Source: an uncultured Caulobacterales bacterium
GTDB lineage: Bacteria > Pseudomonadota > Alphaproteobacteria > Caulobacterales > Parvularculaceae
DNA length: 64,000 nucleotides
Assembly: GCA_964486635.1 (NCBI GenBank)
Contig: CAZAOB010000001.1
Span: 84,745 to 148,744, forward strand
Direction of reading: 5' to 3'
The translations under genes were made by a program, and so were the position numbers. The notes beneath the pieces are model-generated. The model had not been told where the DNA came from. It did no database searches and saw only the letters and a list, made by a program, of their open reading frames with translations. Of this stretch, positions 58,728-64,000 are shown one piece after another (position 1 is the first letter of the stretch; each line of letters opens with the position of its first letter).

Positions 58728-59603
58728 CTACTCGCCGCCGCCAAGTGAATGGACATAGACCGCGAGTGCGAGAATTTCTTCTTCGTTTAAGCGCCCTTCC
58801 CAGGCGGGCATGACGCCGTTCCGTCCGTTCCACAGTGTTTCACGGATTGTCGCCGGATCACCGCCATAAAGCCATATGGGGTCGGTCAGGTTCGGCGCCC
58901 CCTGCGACTGATCGCCCATGCCCGCCGCACCGTGGCATTGCGCGCACTGCGCTTGGAATACTGGCGCCGCACGATCCGCCGCGGACGCGTCATGATCTTG
59001 TCCCGACAGGCCGCGAACATATTGCACCAGATCATCGACCGTTTCACGCGGCAGGATGCCGCCCGATCCGTAAGCCTGCATCACGGAAAGATGCGCGTCA
59101 GGATGACCTGACCGGATGCCATAGCGAACGGTTTGGCGGATTTCGTCAAGCGAACCGCCCCACAGCCAAGAGTCATCGTTCAGATTCGGATAGCCCTTAA
59201 AGCCTTGCCCGCCCGCGCCGTGACAGGTGGCGCAATTATCGCCGAACAATGACTCCCCGGCGGCCATTGCGAAAGCGTGCAGGCTGGGATCGTTCTCAAT
59301 GGCCTCCATATCCGGCGCTGTCAGCAGGCGACGGGTTGCGTCGGCGCGCGCCTGATCCAGTTGCGCAATAGCCTCAGTGACATTCTCGCGCTCGGAATGA
59401 TTGCGCGTGCCTTGGAGATAACCAGTTATTCCCGGCCATGACGGCATCACCACCCAATAGCCAATCGACCAGATAATGCTGATATACCAGACAATCAGCC
59501 ACCAGCGCGGCAGAGGATTGTTCAGCTCCTTTATGCCGTCCCAGGCATGTCCTGTCGTTTCGATGCCTGAATGCTCATCGATTTCCTTATCTGACATCGC
59601 CAT
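58728..59603 (-). CDS. ccoP: cbb3 cytochrome c oxidase subunit III (dihaem c) CcoP
   Basis: ..TGHAWDGIKELNNPLPRWW.., two CxxCH motifs (CATCHG, CAQCHG). Start set to ATG 59603 (MAMSDKE..). Confidence 0.9.
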   Translation of the reverse strand: MAMSDKEIDEHSGIETTGHAWDGIKELNNPLPRWWLIVWYISIIWSIGYWVVMPSWPGITGYLQGTRNHSERENVTEAIAQLDQARADATRRLLTAPDMEAIENDPSLHAFAMAAGESLFGDNCATCHGAGGQGFKGYPNLNDDSWLWGGSLDEIRQTVRYGIRSGHPDAHLSVMQAYGSGGILPRETVDDLVQYVRGLSGQDHDASAADRAAPVFQAQCAQCHGAAGMGDQSQGAPNLTDPIWLYGGDPATIRETLWNGRNGVMPAWEGRLNEEEILALAVYVHSLGGGE

Positions 59604-59751
59604 GTTCCTCGTCCTGGAGCGGAATTCGCCGTGCGTGCTCGAAGCGCTGGCGGTTTCCCGGCGCAAGCGCGTAAATCAGCACGAGCACGAACGCGATCAC
59701 AAAGAGAATGAGCCCGCCCGTTTGCGCAAAAGAAGAAAGCGTTTCGTACAT
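59587..59751 (-). CDS. ccoQ: cbb3 oxidase small subunit CcoQ (54 aa; below the ORF-track cutoff)
   Basis: Own translation: MYETLSSFAQTGGLILFVIAFVLVLIYALAPGNRQRFEHARRIPLQDEEHGDVR. Single TM, located between ccoO and ccoP, with its 3' end overlapping the ccoP start as usual. Confidence 0.7.
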   Translation of the reverse strand: MYETLSSFAQTGGLILFVIAFVLVLIYALAPGNRQRFEHARRIPLQDEEHGDVR

Positions 59752-59760
59752 CGCGCGCTC

Positions 59761-60489
59761 CTACCGGTAATTTTCTTCAGCTTCGTAGGTCTCGAAGTCG
59801 ACCATCGTGCCAAGAATTTGCATGTAAGCGATCAACGCATCCATTTCGGTGATCGTGCGCGGATCGCCGTCGAAATCACGAATTTGCGCTTTCGGATAGC
59901 GGGCGAGAAACCCGTCATAATCGTCAGCGAATGGATCAAGTTGGGTGGCGATATCGGATTTCGCCTTCTCGATCATCTCGTCCGTATAGGGAACGCCCAC
60001 CGCGCGGTTTGCTTTCAAATCCGCCTCGATGTGTTCAAAGTCGAGCGCTTTTTCCGCCAGAAATTTATATGGCGGCATCACTGATTCTGGCACGAGCGAG
60101 CGCGGATCGATCATGTGCTGGCGGTGCCATTCATCGGAATACTTGCCGCCAACGCGGGCAAGGTCCGGACCGGTCCGCTTCGACCCCCACTGGAACGGGT
60201 GGTCGTACATGCTCTCGGCGGCCAGTGAATAGTGGCCATAGCGTTCAACTTCATCGCGGAGGGGGCGAATCTGTTGGCTATGGCACAGGTAGCAACCTTC
60301 ACGGATGTAAATGTTGCGACCTTTGAGTTCGAGCGGTGAGTAAGGTCGTACGCCTTGCACCTTTTCGATCGTCGATTCGAGATAAAAGAGCGGTGCAATC
60401 TCGACAATGCCGCCGATGGCGACGACCACCAGAATGCCGATGGTGAGGATCCAGCCATGCTTTTCAAGGAATGCGTGTTTGTTGAGCAT
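59761..60489 (-). CDS. ccoO: cbb3 cytochrome c oxidase subunit II (monohaem c) CcoO
   Basis: ..[20 protein letters not shown].. haem motif and the conserved CcoO body (..[16 protein letters not shown]..). Confidence 0.95.
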   Translation of the reverse strand: MLNKHAFLEKHGWILTIGILVVVAIGGIVEIAPLFYLESTIEKVQGVRPYSPLELKGRNIYIREGCYLCHSQQIRPLRDEVERYGHYSLAAESMYDHPFQWGSKRTGPDLARVGGKYSDEWHRQHMIDPRSLVPESVMPPYKFLAEKALDFEHIEADLKANRAVGVPYTDEMIEKAKSDIATQLDPFADDYDGFLARYPKAQIRDFDGDPRTITEMDALIAYMQILGTMVDFETYEAEENYR

Positions 60490-60501
60490 TATTGGCTTCC
60501 T

Positions 60502-62148
60502 CTATTCCGCTGGCTGCAGTTGCGGCGCCATGTCCGGGCGCTTTTCACCGGCGCGCAGATCGCCCCGCGCTGTCCGCCATAAATTGTACGCCATGATCAA
60601 TCCGCCGATCAGGAACATGGTCCCGCCTACAGCGCGGATGATGTAATAGGGGTGCATCGCCTCCACGGTTTCAACAAACGAGTATTCGAGGAAGCCGAAC
60701 GTATTGTAGGCGCGCCACATCAGGCCTTGCATGATGCCGGACACCCACATCGAAGTGATGTAAAGAACGATGCCGAGCGTCGAAATCCAGAAATGCCACT
60801 CGACGAGCGCACGGCTGTAAAGATCCTTGCGCTTCCACAGCCAGGGCACGAGGCAATACAGCGCGCCGAAGGAGATATAACCAACCCATCCGAGCGCGCC
60901 GGAATGAACATGGCCAATCGTCCAGTCTGTATAGTGCGACAGCGAGTTCACTGCGCGCACCGACATCACCGGCCCCTCGAACGTCGACATGCCGTAAAAG
61001 GCCACTGAAACGACCATCATACGCAGCACCGGATCGGTGCGCAGCTTGTCCCATGCGCCCGACAGCGTCATCAATCCGTTGATCATTCCGCCCCAGGACG
61101 GCATCCAAAGCATGATCGAGAAGGTCATGCCGAGGGTCTGCGCCCATTCCGGCAGCGCCGTGTAATGCAGGTGGTGCGGGCCCGCCCAGATATAGATGAA
61201 GATCAGCGACCAGAAGTGGACGATCGACAGGCGGTAGGAATAAACCGGCCGTTCCGCCCGCTTCGGAATGAAGTAATACATAATGGCGAGGAAGCCGGTG
61301 GTGAGGAAAAAGCCAACAGCGTTATGGCCGTACCACCATTGCGTCAGCGCATCCTGAACGCCCGCGAACAAAGAATAACTCTTCGATCCCGCCAGCGACA
61401 CCGGCACAGCGAGATTGTTGACGATGTGCAGCATCGCAATGGTGACGATGAAGGAAAGATAGAACCAGTTCGCCACATAGATATGCGGCTCCTTGCGCTT
61501 CCAGATCGTGCCGAGGAACGTCAGCAAGTACACGACCCAAACGAGCGTCAGCCACAAATCCGCATACCATTCCGGTTCCGCGTATTCTTTCGATTGCGTG
61601 ACGCCCATCAAGTAGCCGGTGGCGGCGACAACGATGAAAAGATTGTAGCCCCAGAAAACGAACCACGGCGCTAACCCGCCCCAAAGGCGTGCGCGGCAGG
61701 TTCGCTGCACCACGTAAAACGACGTCGCGATCAATACGTTGCCGCCAAAGGCGAAAATGACTGCAGAGGTATGCAGCGGCCGCAGGCGGCCGAAATTGGT
61801 CCAACCCAATTCGTCAAAATACAACAGATTGGGAAAGGCGAGCTGGAAGGCGATGATGCATCCGACCAGGAAACCAGCGATGCCCCAGAAGGTCGCCGCG
61901 AAGACGCCCGCTTTCACAGCTGCTGTTTGATATCCGGTCTCCTCGGCCGGCGCGCTGGTGGCGCGGACAACAAGCCCGAACAGCCCGGCGATGAACGCCG
62001 TTATGAAGACATAGGCGTGGGCCGACATGAGCGGATCAATCGCTCTCGCCGCCACGAACAGCCAGTAAAGTGCGCCAACGCCCAACAGGAGCGCTATCAA
62101 CATCCCGTCCGTGCCGAGACCGCGCTGGGCTGTGCTGGTTGAAGTCAT
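60502..62148 (-). CDS. ccoN: cbb3 cytochrome c oxidase subunit I CcoN
   Basis: 12+ TM haem-copper oxidase with CcoN motifs (..[12 protein letters not shown].., ..GPHHLHY.., ..HVHSGALGW..). Start set to ATG 62148 (MTSTST..) rather than the Arg-rich upstream extension. Confidence 0.95.
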   Translation of the reverse strand: MTSTSTAQRGLGTDGMLIALLLGVGALYWLFVAARAIDPLMSAHAYVFITAFIAGLFGLVVRATSAPAEETGYQTAAVKAGVFAATFWGIAGFLVGCIIAFQLAFPNLLYFDELGWTNFGRLRPLHTSAVIFAFGGNVLIATSFYVVQRTCRARLWGGLAPWFVFWGYNLFIVVAATGYLMGVTQSKEYAEPEWYADLWLTLVWVVYLLTFLGTIWKRKEPHIYVANWFYLSFIVTIAMLHIVNNLAVPVSLAGSKSYSLFAGVQDALTQWWYGHNAVGFFLTTGFLAIMYYFIPKRAERPVYSYRLSIVHFWSLIFIYIWAGPHHLHYTALPEWAQTLGMTFSIMLWMPSWGGMINGLMTLSGAWDKLRTDPVLRMMVVSVAFYGMSTFEGPVMSVRAVNSLSHYTDWTIGHVHSGALGWVGYISFGALYCLVPWLWKRKDLYSRALVEWHFWISTLGIVLYITSMWVSGIMQGLMWRAYNTFGFLEYSFVETVEAMHPYYIIRAVGGTMFLIGGLIMAYNLWRTARGDLRAGEKRPDMAPQLQPAE

Positions 62149-62242
62149 GCTTTCCGTCCTCGCCATTCGCACGGCTTGTTTGCGCGCGAACGCCGCACGC
62201 ACCGCCGATCGGCAGGTCTTGGCCCAAAAACGCTGGGTAAAT

Positions 62243-62256
62243 TTGATCAAGATCAA
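62243..62256. promoter_or_regulatory. FNR/FixK (anaerobox) binding site
   Basis: Perfect palindrome TTGAT-CAAG-ATCAA, about 95 nt upstream of the ccoN ATG and 53 nt upstream of the divergent small ORF. fnrL is encoded next door. Confidence 0.75.
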
Positions 62257-62308
62257 GGAGCGGACCAAAAAAACGTGCGACGACGCGAATGTCGCAGGTT
62301 GTTACAAT

Positions 62309-62554
62309 ATGAAATTGCTTACCTTTCTTGGGCGGCCGGCCGCATTTACCATCGCTATCGCAATTGCGACCGCGCCGGCAGCGGCTATTGGACGCGACCG
62401 CGACAAATTCTATCCCATTTGCGCCACGGGCCGGACCATTTACGCCCCATTCCCTGCGAACAACGATGAAAGCCCGAATCACGGTGGCGTCTGCCATGCA
62501 GCGCGTATTGATCAAAACGGGCGGTATTCCAGCGAGAAGCCAAAGGCGCGCTAG
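62309..62554 (+). CDS. Hypothetical small exported protein (81 aa)
   Basis: ATG 62309. Signal-peptide-like MKLLTFLGRPAAFTIAIAIATAPAAA, two Cys, no recognisable family. Divergent from ccoN and sharing the FNR box. 4-nt convergent overlap with the fnrL stop. Confidence 0.35.
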   Translation: MKLLTFLGRPAAFTIAIAIATAPAAAIGRDRDKFYPICATGRTIYAPFPANNDESPNHGGVCHAARIDQNGRYSSEKPKAR

Positions 62555-63258
62555 TGGGCGGCGCGATCCGGATTGGCGACTACGACATCGTGGCGCGTGA
62601 GATCGAGGAACCGGCCGTTGCGTTTCAGCGTGGTGAGCGTCCGGCTCAACGTTTCCAAGCGCAGGCCTAGATAATCAGCGATATCCTGGCGTGGCATGGG
62701 CAGCGGCACCCGACGCTTGCCTGCGCCTTCGTCGCAACCAATCGCCTTGTCGACCAACGCAACGAAACTCAATACGCGTTCTTCGGCTGTTTTCTTGCCC
62801 AACAACACAATATGGTCCTGGGCCTTATGGTATTCTGTTTGCCCGCGCGCAATCAGGCGGTCTTTGACGCCGGGCGATTCTATAGATGCTTCATCGAGAA
62901 ATCGATGCGGAAAGCAGCATACAGTGCTGTCTTCCAGCGCTTCGGCGGAATAGGCATTGGACTGCGTCGGTCGCACGCCGGCAAAATCTCCGGGAAACAA
63001 AAATCCGGTCACTTGGCGGCGCCCGTCCTCAAGCATTTTGGAAAGCCGGAAACTGCCATTGACGACCACAAACAAGGATTCGTTGGGTTCGCCCTCCGCC
63101 ATGACCGGCTTCCCGCGGACTACTACCCGGCGCGCCATTGTCTTTTCGACTTGCACAAAATCGCGCGGCCCGAGATCGGCGCAGACGGAACGCTCCCGCA
63201 CCTCACACAGATCGCAAGATTTCGCTCGCACCGCAGTCGAACAGAATTTTTCCGGCAT
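62551..63258 (-). CDS. fnrL: FNR/CRP-family oxygen-responsive regulator FnrL
   Basis: N-terminal Cys cluster (..FCSTAVRAKSCDLCEVRERSVCADL..), cNMP-like beta-roll, internal Cys (..DSTVCCF..), C-terminal HTH ..MPRQDIADYLGLRLETLSRTL... Confidence 0.9.
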   Translation of the reverse strand: MPEKFCSTAVRAKSCDLCEVRERSVCADLGPRDFVQVEKTMARRVVVRGKPVMAEGEPNESLFVVVNGSFRLSKMLEDGRRQVTGFLFPGDFAGVRPTQSNAYSAEALEDSTVCCFPHRFLDEASIESPGVKDRLIARGQTEYHKAQDHIVLLGKKTAEERVLSFVALVDKAIGCDEGAGKRRVPLPMPRQDIADYLGLRLETLSRTLTTLKRNGRFLDLTRHDVVVANPDRAAH

Positions 63259-63325
63259 ACCTATCGCCTCGCCCTAACTCTAAAAGATAGCGGGCGTCCT
63301 GCGCCTTTACCAGACGCCAACTGTC

Positions 63326-64000
63326 TCAGACAGCGCGCGCCAACTGGTCCGTACTGGCGGGATTGGTGGAGAATTCGTAGGGATCAAGCGCCATAGCGAC
63401 GCAGCGCGACAAAAGGCGCGCCTCCTGTTCAATGCACACAAAGTCTCCGTTCCATGTGATTAAACCGTCTTGCTCCAGCACCTCCAGCCGCGCGCACACC
63501 GCCTTGGCGTCCGAAAGCGCAATCCGGCTCAAGAGCGCGGCGACATTGGCTTCCCCCCGGCACAAAAGCGTTTGAATCGTCTCAGCGATAACGACCTCCG
63601 CGCCGGTCATCTCCAGCCCCCTTGCCACAGGGAGGTCGCCGGCCGCCAAGCACTCGTAATACCCGTTCAGGCTTTTCTCATTTTGCGCGATCAGCCCACT
63701 GAGGCTGCTAATAGCCGACGCGCCAAACCCGACGGTCGAAAACGCCAGATCGTCGGTAAAACCCTGAAAATTGCGGCGCAAACGCCCCTCCCGCTCTGCG
63801 ACGGCCAACGCATTGTCCGGCTTTGCGTAATGATCGAATCCGATGCGCCGGTATCCCGCCCCGATCAACAATTCATCCGCGAGCGCCACCAGATCGGCCC
63901 GCATCATGGCGTCGGGCAAGCTGTTCTCATCGACCATGCGCTGGCGCGGCAGTGCAGACGGCAGATGCGCATACCCAAAAACTGCGATGCGATCCGGCGA
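63326..64000 (-). CDS. hemN: Oxygen-independent coproporphyrinogen-III oxidase (HemN/HemZ), C-terminal part; 5' end outside the window
   Basis: The reading frame stays open to the window edge. C-terminal HemN region (..YRRIGFDHYAKPDN.L..A...G.L.RNFQG..). Classic hemN-fnrL-ccoNOQP neighbourhood. Confidence 0.85.
   Translation of the reverse strand, partial: SPDRIAVFGYAHLPSALPRQRMVDENSLPDAMMRADLVALADELLIGAGYRRIGFDHYAKPDNALAVAEREGRLRRNFQGFTDDLAFSTVGFGASAISSLSGLIAQNEKSLNGYYECLAAGDLPVARGLEMTGAEVVIAETIQTLLCRGEANVAALLSRIALSDAKAVCARLEVLEQDGLITWNGDFVCIEQEARLLSRCVAMALDPYEFSTNPASTDQLARAV

Overview
High-GC chromosomal segment with alphaproteobacterial layout: hemN-fnrL-ccoNOQP-ccoGHIS in the Rhodobacter-like order, many TonB-dependent receptors, and a TRAP transporter. 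Most of the window is ordinary, densely packed housekeeping or catabolic DNA. Left to right:
- a partial FadL-type porin gene, two oxidoreductases, an SLC13 permease, bpt and a lipoprotein;
- a DctPQM TRAP transporter and a ferredoxin reductase;
- a glyoxylate-shunt module (glcB, RamB/ScfR-like regulator, aceA);
- glk, MFS, alpha/beta hydrolase, a TBDR, AraC, an RND pump with its adaptor, and a second TBDR;
- a complete 7-gene reductive pyrimidine-catabolism operon;
- a TBDR-DUF1501-DUF1800 operon;
- a 990-aa RTX serralysin-like metzincin.

The standout is a stretch of about 5.6 kb (about 48.7-54.3 kb) that looks lower in GC by eye. It lies between the RTX gene and ccoS and ends in a decayed IS3-type transposase remnant. 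It carries two convergent genes. One encodes a single-pass membrane protein with an N-terminal TIR domain and a C-terminal, cysteine-less FGE-sulfatase-like (FGS) domain. The other encodes an 828-aa protein with 2 TM helices, two degenerate TrkA-N/RCK-like domains, a RyR-type repeat module and a C-terminal Smf/DprA-LOG (SLOG)-like domain.

I interpret the pair as a candidate Thoeris-like, NAD-derived-nucleotide signalling or defence module with an architecture I do not recognise as described. This is inference from motifs only. All domain calls come from reading the translated ORFs; no searches were run. No rRNA, tRNA or CRISPR array was recognised.
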